Assembly (NCBI GenBank): GCA_963924565.1
Contig: OZ004607.1
Span: 9,176,001-9,240,000, forward strand
Reading direction: 5' to 3'
Source of the DNA: Ascidiella aspersa
Lineage: Eukaryota
DNA: 64,000 nt
A program made the position numbers and the translations under genes. This document shows, piece by piece, positions 1-15,000 of the stretch (within the stretch, counting starts at the first letter, position 1; every line of letters begins with the position of its first letter). The notes below the pieces were generated by a model. That model was not told the DNA's origin. It made no database searches and saw nothing but the letters and a program-made list of their open reading frames with translations.

Positions 1-3000
1 CCCTGAAAATAAATACTTTTTCACTTCCTAGTTTAAAATTAACTTTGCTGATTTAGCCATGGTGTTGACGGTATTTGGTTTTAGATCGGATCTCGAATAA
101 TTTTACTCAGAGTACATCGTGTATCAGTTTGGGAATCAAACAAGACCAACAATCGGACACCCCGAGCTAAAACCAACGTCGTTACCAGCCACAAACCAAA
201 ACAACAAGCGTTACCTGCTGCTGCGACAGCGGTTCAGCGGCGCCGGTGATCGGACCAAGAAGGCCGACGTACTGAAGGTCGAAGGCTGCCGACGTGTTAC
301 CGCTTCTCCCTTCTTGATCATGTTCTGCCCAGAAAGTCGAACCGTTTCTATGTCTCAGTGTTGGCGCAAAGGCGCGGCCGGACCCGACCGCTACGTGACC
401 TTTGAACCCGGCCAACGTGCAGGGGGAATTGCCGGACGTTCGGGCCACGGCGGTGCCGTCGACGTAGAGAAGGCACCTGGTGGCGGGACAGAGCGGTGTA
501 AAAGTGTTCGACTATATTGTCTCGTGAGAAAAAAAAAAAAAAAAAAAATTTAATTGAGAACTAGGTTTGTGAACAGAAAGAAAAAAATTGGTCGAAGGTT
601 GGTACACTCGTGAATTACAACAATTATTCGACTACTCGAATTGATGCTTTTTAGTTGACTCTTTATTGTTAAAAAATTTGTCATATTGTGTCTCTCATCG
701 TTAAATTACACATGCGGAAAATGCATTCAAAGTTCTTTTTTGATTTATATTTGAAAAGAATTTTAGAAAAATAAATTGCTTGTGTTTAAAAAATCTAACA
801 AGCCCTAATCTGTAAAAAATACCAAACGCACTACTTTTACATGGACTAAAAACATTTGAACTTATACAAACCCTATTATAAAAAAATAAATTTATTATTT
901 TTTTAAGTAAGCATTTTTTTTCTGTAACAAATTTATTGTGCGTTTCAAATTTCCGAATTATGTGTCAAGGTTTAGAAAATAGTGGAAAGATCAGCTAAAC
1001 CAAGTTTCGATAAAAAAGCGACAGAAGTTAAAAAAAAAACTTTTCTTACCTGGAGTGTTGATCTTGTTCGTCCTGCCACCCCGTTACGGCGCAAACGTGG
1101 CGCCACTGGCCGCCAGTCAACAAGCCTGCATCAAAGGGGGTCGCGGCGCCGTCGGGCGTCAGGAACACCACCGCCTCGCTCCCGGCGCCGCTCTCGGCCA
1201 CGGCCAGCAGGGGGCGCATTCCGTCCTCGGCAAAGTACATCAAGGTTCCGACCTTTTCCGCCGAAATCCACAAACAAAGGGCGGAGATCGCAGTTCGCGT
1301 CAGAGTGACGTAGGAAAGAGTATCGGTCAGGGGGAATTCAAGGGCGCCGGTGTCCATGATTTGCGAGTAGCCGGCCTGGTGTCTGCCAACTGTGTGGGAG
1401 GCCAGGCACACCGCCGTTCCAGCTTCGGTTTCGCTCGTAGATTCGACCATGCAGCTCTGGGAGCCGCGGATCAGAGAGCCGAAGTCGGACCTGTGAGATA
1501 AACAAGCGATGACCATTAGGCCGGTGATTCTTGAATGCTTTATTAGCTTGCGGTACACTTAGGTAGCGGCCAAACAAAATTTCAGCTTTCGGTAACCAAT
1601 CTAAAAAACACAGCAATGAGACCTAACTATAGTAAGACAGACGGCTAAACGATTAATTCATTTTATCGCAACATATTGGCTGTACACCAGGGGTTCAATT
1701 TTTTTACCGCGTAACACTAAAATTTGTTTTACTTCGCTTGGGCCTAGAGGGCAAGGCATTTTAGAGATGACGTCACAATACAAATAGATTTTAGAAATCT
1801 GATATTCAGTCCAAAAAATGTAAAAGTGAAATGAAGCCTAAATGTTCATTAAGTGCAAAAACGTTTCATTTATAAATAAACCCTTTTCTTAAAAAAAATG
1901 ATTACTTTTCAAATATACACTGATATTTAAATTAGGCCTTCACTGACCCCAAGGGGCCTTGGACCCCAGTTTAAGAACCCCTGCTGTACACGATATTATA
2001 CAATCTGTACAAATTAGACCCGATTCCAATTCAATTACCAAGCCCACGCCTAATATAAAGAAAATAAGATTATTGGAAAAACTTTTTTAAACTGAGACTA
2101 CTCCGTTTTGGTTTAAGGTTCTAAAACTTTTTGTAATTGTTTTAAAAATTAATTGGCAGCTATTCAAAGCAGTTAGTTTGGCGCAGTAGTATGCTTCCCA
2201 TAAGAATATAGTTTAAAAAATATATTTTTTAAAGCAATTGCTTTGTAGCATTTTACCTTGGCTTTTCCGCGCTTACGTCAAGTCCGAAACAACCAACACA
2301 CCGCTGAATTGTAGGACAGGAGGCTGTGTTAAAACCGCCGTGCAACTTCACCACAGACCTCGTGTAGATTTGACTTTCCAGCAATGGCCTGCAGAAAACC
2401 ACTCCTACACAGTAAAGCGCCTTTTAATTTGTAGGCCAGTGTTACGTCAAGTCCAAGTAAAGTCTTTTAAATAGATACCAAGTCAAGTTCCAATCCATGT
2501 CATCCGTTGTCTAAGTCAAGTCCTATAGTCAAATTCTGGTTAGAGCAAGTTAACTTTAAGTCAAGGCCTTGTCATAAAACTTTTAACGTTCAACTATTAA
2601 AATTGGTAAACTTGGCGAATTATGAGTAGTAACATACACGACCAAATTTATAAAACTTATTGCTTAATGAAAACACTTTATTTTAATCTAAGTCATTTGT
2701 CCCAGAGACTGAAGTCTAGGCAAGTCATCTCAAGTCATTTGTAAGTATCTTAAGTGTACTTAAGCCAAGTCCTTGATTTAGGTCATTACAACACTGGTGA
2801 AAATAGCCTTGTCTAGCATCATACTGGGATGGGTATATTTTAAAAACGCAAATACCTCTACGACTATGTTGAATGTCTTCAATGTTTAATGGACCTTATC
2901 TTGCGTAGGCTACGGGTCATAAACTATTTTCTGAACTTTGATCGATATTGAGTTTAGGCATAATCGAGCATCAGGGTGAGTTTAACTTTTTATATTGTAT

Positions 3001-6000
3001 AGTAGGCTACATTTTATAGCACATTTTATTTGGCAGTTCTTTTTTTATTTTGGCAGTTTCATCAGTTTCCTAAAAGCATCGACGCTGATGTTTTAATTTT
3101 ATAAATGCGTTTCGTTGTTTGCACGGGAATTCTAATTTGGATGCAGGTTTGCTTCAATATTTTTTTGGAATTTCTGAGTTGAACGGCGCTCAAGTTATGA
3201 AGGTTGAAACAAAACATGCATATCGGGCCAGCGATCGTTAACCTTTGCAGTTATTCATCCGTTTATTCAGAAGATATTTTATGACAGCTGCATTAGAGCG
3301 TAATAAAACGCTTGTAAAACACAGATCAATCAATTTGCGGCTAATATTACCGACACTGACCTTTGTCTTGTACATTGTAACCGTCCGGATTGGGGCGGAA
3401 ATGCATGACGCAACTTTCCGGGGTCTCGTCGGAGATCCGGATACCGAAACAGTGCTCGTTGCGGCACCGGCAGTCGGTCAGCCAGTGGTTGCTCGGACAA
3501 GTCACCCCTACGTCATTGACCATCCATTCACTGACCACTGTCATGTCGAGCCAGTGGTCCCCGGTGCGTTTAAAAGGTTGCCCACAGCGCGGTACATTGC
3601 ACGCCTCGAAACTTCAAAGAACAAGGAATTAGGTTAAGCAGATTAACAACAGCTTAAGTTAGAAATTTAAGTTACGTGAACCAGGATGGTCAATTTTTCA
3701 TAGATGACGTCGCAACACAAGAGGACTTAAAAAAAAAACTACTTCCGGTCGTAATTGTGGAAATATTATGATAAGTCTTAACACATTTAAGAATATGGCA
3801 AAGCGTACTAATGATTTCTGTTTTCTTTTGATGAATTATTCGTTTCTAAATATATAACTGAGATAAAAAAACTAAACAAAACAAAAAATAGTCCACGGAC
3901 GGACCCCAGTTTAAACATTTCTGTCTTCAATATTGATTCGGTAAACTTTCGTCAGTAAATGTTTGTGTATTTTATAAAGACAGAAAATATTCGACGGTTC
4001 ACGAGAAGCCTTTAGTTTAAACTAACGATATCCTTAAAACGAGATAAAACATAACTATAACAAATACATTTGCGCGAGGGGCAGTATTTTGCATGATGGG
4101 GGTCGGACATGGCCTGGTGCCCAAGCCCTGTAAAGAACGTGGGTTTTGATTACACATAGCCCTAATGGTTCGTAAAAAGTAGCAAATTAAAATATAAAAA
4201 AGTTGCCAAAACCCCAACAAATTTAAAAACTAGAGTAGCCCAAAAAGTTTTAAAAAGCACGTACAATTTTTTATTACCTAGACGCACGACTATTTTAATG
4301 CAAACCGGTGTTTCTCAGCCCATAGGTCGCCTTTTAAATTGGTTGGAACTCCGACTGCAATAGTTCGCATGGTCAAAACGATCAATCGCATATTTGAGTA
4401 AATTGCGGTGAAGTATGCACACATATAATGGCTCGTATTAATTGAAGGCGAACTTACTTTAGCCTTCCTAGGTTTTCTTCGCTTACAAAAAGTTCAGTGA
4501 AGAGAATTGGGTCTCCAAAGATTCGCTGTTACACTTACGCTCGATATTTCGGTAGATGGGTAGAAAGGTTGAGAAACACTGATTTAATCATTAAAATCAA
4601 TACACAGAAAGTAAAATAACATTGTATTACAGTAGAGCTAACTAAGGCCTTACGTCAACAGCGGTTGTTGCGTGATACAGAAGGGGGCGAAATATCCGTC
4701 AAAGGCTCGGCATTGGTCGTGCGGCTCAGCAGGGAAATGGTGAGTGTGGGGCGAATGGGCAGACCACTCCTGGCACTTGAAACCCGACAGAGTCTCGCTT
4801 CGCTGTAAAATATTACGACGTTTTTTTCAGATTCAAACGAGCTTTTATGAAACCCAAGACTGTATGAAATAGCTTCTTGTGTGTGTTTAAGATATTCGAG
4901 GAGGACTGAAAAACGGCAACTTAAAAGATACGTTAGTCTTAGCACCTTAATTTTTATCACAATAACGTTTATTTTGCTACTGGCTGCTATGTCCCAATTA
5001 AATATGTATATTGTGAGTGTGCCGCCGCATTATTTTAGCTCTGTTAGTATGCCGCAAGTGACAAAATCCTTATATTTGGTTTAAATTTGCAAATATTTCA
5101 ATTCAAAGGATACGCAAAAAAGTAAAAAAAACGCATTTTTTCTAAAAAGATTTCGGATAAGTTTACAAAGTTTACACTGCTCAACAGGCATATATGGCGG
5201 CTATGGGCTGAATTGATAGCCTAAAACGGGCCAAAAAATAATAATAGCAGAACAAAAATAAAGTTTTATGGCAAATAAGGTTGTATGTACGAATAGGATG
5301 CAGCAGACTGCGTATAGCTTAATTGGTAGTAGGACGGTTTTGTTTTTGCCGGAGGTCGTGAGTTGTAACCACACCTCAGATGTTTTTTAGGCCTTTGCCT
5401 TAAAAAACAAAGAGACATAATTTCGCATCTTAAAGTAATAAAGCGGCTCACCCGTCCCAAGTAGGTCTGCGGACTTTCGTTCCAGCATTCGACGGAGGCG
5501 CAAAGCGACGGCAGCTTGGCCGAGCAGTCCTCGGCGTGCCAGACCCCGGCCAAGTCCACCGCCACGCAGAAGGAACCCTGGGGCGGCTGGTAAGTACCCG
5601 GAAAGGCGGTGTGGGTGACCGGTTCCCCACTGACCCAATGAAGGCCTTCTCCTTCAGAACTCAAACCGATCCAAAGCCTGTGAAAAACATTTTTAGGGTA
5701 CTTAAATTCGGCCTTTGGGCAATAAAATGGTCGGCTGGAAATAGACTAAATAAAGGTCATTTAAATTTGAATTGAAATCATTCATCAATAGAGTCTTCTC
5801 TTATGGGATTTCGTATTGTATTCCCATTATTAGAGCGGTGCAATTTTGCCTGAATCAAAACGTAGAAACAAATGATAGGCGGATTTTTTGTGAAAAAAGA
5901 CGACTTAATAAAGTTTCAATCTGAACAACTTATGTAGAGCAGAGTTACGCGAAAGTACTGAACTCTACGTGATAAGATAAGGAATAAACGTCATTACATA

Positions 6001-9000
6001 GGAATAAACAGGCGAAAGGCGAGGCGCAAAATGAAGACGAGGCAAGAAAAGTTAAGTGGGTGAAAAAAGGTGAAAACAACACACAAACAAACGATCAAAC
6101 ATTAATTGCCACAATCGTTCCAAGTTGCAGTAGAAACGGCTTACTTGTCCGAAATCAACCACTTGTAAGTTGCCAGAACCGACACAAGACTGCTGTGTTC
6201 GTCCTGCGACTCAAAGGTAGCCAGCACGTTGCAGGCGGCCGACCAAGAACCGGTGGTGGTTGTAAAAGAGTAGCAGCCCTCCTTGCCCGCATAGGGGATG
6301 TGGCCCGACTGACAAAAGTCGGCTGACAGTAGCGCAGTGCTTTCCTCAAGGGCCTCGGAAATGGTTAGGCTGCTGTCCCAAGACTGCGCAGGAAAACACG
6401 AAATAAAAAACAACTTACACGTAGTTAAATTTCTGCCACGTGGCCATTCCCCAACTGTATTTTTTGCCTATTTTAACTATACGTTTTTTAGCGCTATTTC
6501 TCTAACCTAAAAAAATTAACAAATTGTGTGCTGTTCTTAAGGTTACCCTTTTATTTAGTGACGTTTTCTCTAAAAACATTGCCATAAAAAATTGACCCTT
6601 AGCATAAACTAGCCTCTTAAGAAAAACAATTTCTCCCTGTTACCAATAAAAAAATGTCATGATGAATCCTTAATTTCGGAGTTTTAGTTTCATACCATAA
6701 GTTAACAACCTATACCACGTCGAACCTCGTTTCGATGCTCCGCTTGGCAAATGAAGGTGTTTTTTAGTGAGTAAGGCTGCATGCTGACCCACTCCTGGGC
6801 AGTTTCGTTCGATGGCCTGAGAACTGCACAGTTACCGCTCGCTACGCTGGATTCCAGGCTCAAACTAATGTTCGACGTGTCAGAAGCCAAACGCAGCTGC
6901 GTGGAATCTAAAGTGAAAAATAACAGTTAAGCAAGTAGGCCTATGGATACGATTGTCAAAAAAGTGTGCCACCAGAAACTCAATAGTAACTGTTGACATT
7001 GGCAGGTACTGTTTTAATTGTTAAAATTTTTTTGGGCTAGCCAGGTGACAATCCCCTTATTTATAAAAGTAAGTGCTTTTTTACTGACTGGAGGAACAAA
7101 CAGGTTACAGTTCGAGCTGTGGTTTTCAACTTTTTTTCTTTCGTGTCCCTTTGTACAAAAATTATGTGGCTCAATAAATTTTCATTAACAAAAAAATGAC
7201 ACTATTTTGAGACACTAAAATACACCATTTCTTTTTGTAAAGGTTGCGTTTTGTTATAAAACACCATTTTATTTGTGAATTTCGGGGATGCCTGGAATCC
7301 AAGTCCAAATATTAAGTCAAACAATAAACTTCTATTCGGTTGACTGGATAGAAAATATGCATAAAATTAGGTGTAAAACTTAGGAAGAGCTGAATTGTTT
7401 ACCCGGTTCACCTCACAATATAAATATCGTGAACTTTGAATCTCGCCCTTTAGGTTTTCTATGGCTATACAATAATAGCAATATAAATAATATGCAAGAC
7501 AGCAAATACCTTGGCCGCACATCCCGGTCCAGGGATTGTTCAGGCCTCGTAGTGTAGCAAACAGACCCACTAGAACGTTGTGCTTCGTTTTATCGTCCTC
7601 CAAGTAGGCCAGACTGCCCCATTTGGAACAAGTGGCCTGGGCTATTGGCCACATAGTTGCGGTTGAGGTCGTTGCAAAGCAAGAGTCGTCAGCGTAAACC
7701 TCGAATCCGTCGGGACAGTACGAGAAAGTTTCCGGTATTACCAGTTTGCGGATGTCGGCTGAATTAAAACAGTGCAAAATTATGTAAATAGTTTTTGACC
7801 GGACAAATTTTAGCGATTCAGGTGGACTGTTAAGCCTAAAACGGTATCAATTTTGTCACTAAATTACGCCTTTCACAAAAATATTTTTTTTAAATGGCTG
7901 TGAACCGTTTTAAGCAAGCCTGGTTCAAATTTTAGTTTAATTTCTATTTTTTGCGACTTCAAAAATTCTAATTCTGCTCTAATCGGGGAAAACTAAAAAG
8001 CTGTAATTTCAAACTAAAAACACGAACCACGTTGTTAAATTCTGGTTTGGGATACAGGAAAAGTAGGTGAGCGTACTTACGATCTGTGCAAATCACTCCG
8101 GCTGTTGAAGTACAAGGCGCCCAGGCGAGGTGTGGAAAATTGGGTTCCACTACAAGAATCGAGCAGCCGTTAGCCTCGTCCTGATGATTGCTGAACAGCT
8201 TGCTAAACTTTAAAGGGTCGACGAAGGGCAACCAGAACTAAAACGAAAGGATTTGTGGAAAATTTGGAATCGCAAAGGCCATACAGAGGCGCTTAAAAAT
8301 CATTGATATCATTGGTACTTAAAACTTTTTCTGTAATTTGGAATCGCAAAGACCATGGAGGCGATTAAAAATGAATTATAGCATGCTGGGTTTTTTAACG
8401 TGAGTCTGTGGACTCCTTGGGGAACGTGAACTAGTTTTAAGGGCTCCGCGAACTAAAATATTTACTTATAATTAAAAAAAGAAATACACTGTTTAAAAGA
8501 AACGAGTGTTTTAAAAAAGCTAGCGCCTTCTTTTTGAATCTATTTATACTCCATTTCAGTTTCACATTTTTCGGCCGAAAACAGCAGGTTTCGTGCAACT
8601 TCTTATTTGTGACGTCATCTCTAAAAAAATTCATACCGACCTTGGTTAACGCGATCCCCATTTTTTTGTTTGAGGGTCCGCGTTAATAAAGTTTAAGAAC
8701 CCCTGATTATGGCAACTTGAAAATACTGGTTTACATGGACATTAGAAATGCCCAAATAAGCGAATACTTTTTTTTTGCGATACCTGGTGTTTTGAGAAAA
8801 GCATATGGCTGTTTGACCCGATGCCAAAGTGTGACATTACTATGACCAGCGCATAGTAATGTATTTGAATTAAAAAAAATAACTTTATGCCTAATTAACC
8901 TGTGGTTGCTACAAAACAGAATTTAAATATTTGTAACTTGTTTTTTTATTTGTTTTTATTTGTTTTAGGCCACAAGTGACATACAACAACGTGACCTTAA

Positions 9001-12000
9001 AGTTATACCCAGCGGTCGGCAAACTGTGCACCGAGGACCGCAAGTTATTTTTTTATATTCTAGATTTATCATTATAGTTGTGGACCGCTTGATAGCCGTA
9101 CATTCATTGTACTGTATATTTCAAGTTGGTGTTGCAAAGAGTTTTGTTTCGGCTCATTGGTAAATCACAGAACCAGTAGGCCATGGCTGGCCCCAATAAA
9201 CTATAATTTTAGGCAAGTTCAACAAAAAAACAAAAAAAATAAAAATAAAAAACAATTGTTTTCGCGTTTCATGCGAATTTATCCGTTTTACCTAAATCTA
9301 TTCAGCCCAAAGGCGTATGCATTTTATGGCTTCTTGCGTCGTGCGACTCATAAACTCTGCAGTCCAATTATACGTTACATCGGAATATAAATGCTGTTAT
9401 TCGATCAATACTCGAATATCCCTATATGTAGGCTTCCTGATGCGTCAGGTATCCTTTAAATTTTTAATTTCAGGTATCCTTTAAATTTAAAAGTTTTTCC
9501 GGTTTACTACAGATTATCGCATTTTTTTCGCGCTACGTGCGATTAGACTGAATATTAGCTGCATATTTGCGCACGAGTTCGCTCGAGAACAACAGGTGGT
9601 TTTAGAATTACTTTATTATTACGTAAACTTACAAATCATTCTATGGCTATATTCCAGAATCACGAAGGATTTATTCAAGTTCAAACCTTATTGTGTTTTG
9701 TGTTTTTCGCATACGGAAGCCTAAATGTTTTGGCGAGATCATGTTCGTCATCGACCAGGAAAGGATGTTGATTGTATCGTGAACAGAGGTCGCTCGCGTT
9801 TCGAAAATTCAACGCATCAAGAGGCACCAAATGGTTCTTGTTTTTGTGTTTGAACGAGGAATCTGGAAAGCAGAAATAAAAAGCAACTTATTAATGGCAA
9901 AAAAAAGCTGCGTTATGGTTGTTTTTCTTTACAGTGTTACGCTTTGAACATTCATTTTCGGCCGTTTTACCCTGCGAATGCCAGTGTTCCAACTTGAGTG
10001 AACTTAAGTCACTGTTTTGAAATTTTTTTAACATGATGAAAATAACTTAAATTGGACTTTAGTCACTTATAAATAGGACTTGTAACATATTTGGTAAACT
10101 TCTTGTTTACGTGGTTGATTTTATAATGCTTAAAACGTTATGAAAGCATAACTTTTTATAGTTCTTTTCATTGTGACGTAAATGACTTGATTTGGCCAAA
10201 TACTTGCTTTAACACACTTGCAGTGCAACACCTTCACTTACAACTACAACTTACATTTTTTTACAATTAATTCAAATACAGACGCCCGAAATACAAACCT
10301 TGGGATCGTATGAACTGGCATATGAACGGCAGTGAACTGTTGCAAGGTTGAGAGCTCCAGTCGGATTTTGTGGTCGCCACACAGTCACCAAGACCAGAAG
10401 GTTCACCTTCTCCCCATTTACTGTTTCCAGTCAGTGGCTCTCCGTTTTTGAAAGTGTATTCTTGCAACGTTATGTTCTTTCGGATGCCTTTAAAAGGCAA
10501 AATAGTAGGCAAACGACATTTACTTATTTGTTTTAATAAACTACCCTAATTCGTAAAAGTAGCATAAGTAAGCGTAGAATTAAAAAATCCAATAATGAAA
10601 CAACTTTAAAAGTATCCATTGAAGATGCCTGCAATACGTAAATCAAAATATCGCTAGATTTTTAACTCAAAAATCTTATACATATTTGGAATATTTAAAA
10701 CTTGAGGTAAAACGAGAATTTTTTTGTAACACATAAATCCCAACGACGGCCCAGCTAAACACACAATTTTGCCAGTTTGCCAATTGCCACAACACGTTAA
10801 ACAATTATTTTAACTTTAAAACAGCAACCCTGTATTTGAAACACCAACCTGTCCAGTAGAGCTCATTAACGCTGCTCTTGGTCCAAATAAGACGGAAAAA
10901 AGGGCTCCAGAGAACAGAATCCACCAAGTGGCCTCCGTTTCGCTCGCGAGCGCAAATAGCCGCAGCCTCATCGAAGCTTCGCTTGGCGGAATAGAACTTT
11001 AACCATTGGGAACTTCGGAAAAAATACCGACCTGGGCATCGGAAATATAAAATTAAAAAAATAGATATACCAAACAACCGACCGCCAGATCAATTTCGTA
11101 TAGAAAAGGCCCCCAAATTGTAATTGTAAAACACAAAAGCATAACTTTCAAAAGGCGGAAGGCCGCTTGGCTACCCAATCCCCCGCCCATCACAAGCCAA
11201 AACCCCTTTCTTAATTAAAGCCAACTCAAGGAAACGGTCCGGGGGACCCCCGTCGATATCGGAATAAACTGTCAAGTGTAGGATATCCTACAAAGTTTGA
11301 CTTCTCAAAGAAGGTGTAGGATATCCTACAAAGTTTGACTTCTTAAAGAACTTTTTAAATATTTTTATTAAAAATGCCCGCGCTGTATTACGGCTATTTC
11401 ACAATTTCAAGCATTATGAATGTCGATATGCCACTAAAGGGTATAACAACACTATTTTAGATACAGTTCACCTACATGGCTGTTAATAGTAGAAGACTCA
11501 ATTGAGAAACAAACGTAAGTTCTTACCGCTTTCGCAAACGAACGGCATCGACTGAGAGCAGTTGACTGGTTGAAAAGCTCCTTCAGCTGTGAGAGCGAGG
11601 CAGCCGCTCGCATCTGCCTTCGTATTCAATTCGTATGCCACTTCGTACACCTGGAGAGTGTCCTCGTTTTCTTGCCATTTCCACGTATCTTGCGAGCTGG
11701 TGCGATAAAACCCTACAAAACAGTTCTAGAATAAGTAAGGTACTTTCCTACACTTGTTGAAATAGCTGGTGGGATGGTGATCGTCTGGCTCCGTCAGTAT
11801 TTAAAAGTAATTTGTACGGGTTTTCACGTTGTGGCAAGACAATAGAACATTGCAAAATGCACCTTGGCTGGAATGCATACCAGTACCTTCCCAAAAAGAT
11901 CTTAGGAAATACTTCACAAAAAACTGCTAATGAAGTAATCTGACGAAGCGTTACGCCACGCCACGACAATGATATTACATACTGCAAAACTTAGCGTAAA

Positions 12001-15000
12001 TACGTTTTCAGACAAAAGGTCGACGTACAACTTGAAAAAAAAGTAGGCCTATGGGGTGCAGGTGGTCACTTAGCTTTGACTGCCTTGTTTTATAAATGTG
12101 CGTAGCTTCTTTTAGCTGTTACAATCGTACGAAAATGTCTTTAGTCACAAAACTCATAACAAAAGCAAGTTTTTTTTACAAGAACTTGCATTGGCCAAAC
12201 TAAGGCTAATTGTACGAATGCAGGATTATTCCCTAAACGTAACGACTTGATTTTAATATTCATTTTTTGGTTTGCCTTGTGACCTTCTTCCCGCTTTGCT
12301 GATTTCGTTGTTATCATAACGAGTGGTTGTTTTAAAATATATTTCATTTTTTCTTGTTTTATTGGCAATTTAAATTCTCTTATTTCGTACAAAACATTTA
12401 TGTTAGTTTTATAAATTTAGTGCTAAACCGGCAAGAAACTGAAAATCTGCTTTGCTAGAAACCTAATCTTAAAATTCTGAACTATACTAATCTATTCATT
12501 CTCAATTTGACAGCTTAAAAAGAACCGTGCTATTAAAATTAAGTAATGAAAATGTAATTATGCGAGTTGATTACACGAACAGACTTTTTTTTATATCAAC
12601 GCGACAAAATATTCGAGCGACGCAGTAATTAAGTTAATTGCTGCTAATCACACCTAAAGCATAACACAGTACGCCCACAGCTTATTAAGACCCGATCCTC
12701 TGCCAACGATTAATGAGCTATGGTTGATGGAATCAAGGGATTAGGCCAGCACTTGTTTTGACTTTAATTTGTGTTAAAATTATACCAATACCATATAGTT
12801 GCTTATTTTAGCGATGGGTATTATTTTAACGTCTACGTTCGTACGTTTTACTTTTTAGTTATACAAAGTTACTTCTGCGAACCAGTCGGCTTAAGGAAAA
12901 CAGAAGGCTATTTAGTCAAACCACACCTCAGTACAAAAGGTGTTCTTAGAATTTATGGAATTTTATACAAATAAAAAAATTCACGGAAAACTTCAATAAA
13001 ACACTAACATCACAAACCTGTCCAGACAGAAGTGTTGTCTTTAGACATTTCGGCTGTTATATGTTCCCGAGATTGGATTGTGACTGGTGCCGCCAGAAAG
13101 CCGTCCAACGAATTGCAAACTTTCTGCGCCTTTTCTGAACTTAGTATGTTGGAAATTGGTAGGTACGATGTGTACTCGAATGAAGCGGCTTTAATTTCTG
13201 AAAATTAGAAAGCTTTAAATTGTTTTATCGTTGCCCTATGTGCGATTCCTATGATCTACTAAGTTTATTACTTGTTTTAAAAGTGTTGCTATGGGCTAAG
13301 TAAAAAGGCAGGATGATTTATAGACTTAAACAGTTACGAAAAGTAGATAAATAACTTACCCAAAAATGGACCACAATGGAAACATTTTTCTAAGTAGAAT
13401 TTGCTGGTTACCAGTGACTCAAATAATAAAAAAGGTATACATCAAAAAAATTGTGTGTGTATGGGCCTGTCGACAATCCTTAATTTTGTTTAGCAGCATA
13501 CTTACTTTCCGTTGTTACTATCGACATCGGAAGGCCGTATGACGGGTTTTCGGTGGACATCAAAATGATTAATCCATCGGTTGTCGTCGTTACTGTCAAG
13601 TCCATGGCAATCTACGCGATATAAATTAAAATATTAGTATCCCGTATGATTCGATGCCTTACTTTTGCACATTAGTTGTCCGTAGCTAGCTGCATCTATT
13701 ATAATACGCTTTTTCAGTTTTTACGAGAAAATAAAAAACATCGCAAAACACAACACGAGATTCACCAGAAATTTCCATAGATAAATCAAATTTAGATGTT
13801 CGAGAAATATAAAGTTAATTTAAATAGTCCGCCTTCGCATGTGTATTAGAACAGAAACTTAGTCCAGATGTAGCGTCAAATAATACTCAGAAATATTTTA
13901 CTAAGTTGCCCGGTTGGATAAAGTCATTAGTTACTCTAAATTAAACAAAAGAAAAAATAAACCTGTCAACTTCGTAACACTTCTCAATCAAATTCTGAAA
14001 AGTTATGAAAAGAAAATATTTTCAAAAGAAAAATGGCAGTAGGCCTACCACTTTGCAAACTTCGAGTCAAAATATGATCTTCTCATTTAAAGAACACAAC
14101 AAAAAGCCAAATTATTTGTTTTTACCAAAACGCTGGGGTACTTGTCCGGGGCGTCTTTGGCGGTTCGAACAGCCCAGATGGTTTCGGCGCCGTTGTGCCG
14201 GGTGAGCCGGTTCCAGCCCGCCAGATGGGAGGGTTGCTTCTGTTCAAAAATGTCTTCCATCTCGTCGGTCGACTCATAGTAGCCGCGCAACTCGAGAACC
14301 GAAACGTCGCCGATATACGTTTCGCCGACCGGGACATCACCAAAGATTATGATATTGGTTCCTGGGTACAATGTCAGATAAAATAGATTTGCCCGCTGTC
14401 CGCTGTCAGGTGATTGTATCACTACTCTACTCGGTACTGGATGGCCTACACTTGACTCATACCGATACCCGATAATTTGAATTAAAAGTATCGCACTATG
14501 ATCCGATTATAAATGACGTAATTAGTATGCCCAAGGAAAAAAATAAATAGAATTAAACCTTCAAAGGAAATTTCTTTTCAGGTTGTTAGACCCAAGTTGC
14601 TTTAGCGTTAAGAAGTTCAGATACCTGCAGGTGCTTAAAAAAGAATAGCCTAACTTTCAAGGTATAATTACTGCGTTGGATTGCAAATCGTGGCGGAAAC
14701 TCCTATAATAATTTGAGATCGGGTCGTCAGCGATACCACCTTATTATTGGACAATTATTATCGATACTACCAGACGGCATAGGGTGTCGGCTACGATCCG
14801 ATAATATTGTGTTTTAAAAGCGCGAATAAAGGAAACAACACAGGGGCTACATTTTCTAGGCATTGTAGGCTATATCAGTTTTGCTTTCACGCAATAATAA
14901 AAAAACACATATCTAATAAAAAACACATATTCTCTGTTACCGTGGAATCGCAAAAATTCACTAAACATCGAATATATCTAGATGGGATGACAGCCAAGGT

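Noticed and set aside
119-1501. Plus-strand ORFs 119-553, 982-1308, 1055-1501
   Set aside because: Antisense to GC-rich pentraxin exons on the minus strand, which have proper splice sites and domain motifs.
1491-1600. Apparent acceptor at 1600 extending the pentraxin exon
   Set aside because: Gives in-frame stops (TGA/TAA). The acceptor tctcacag| at 1490 fits the phase instead.
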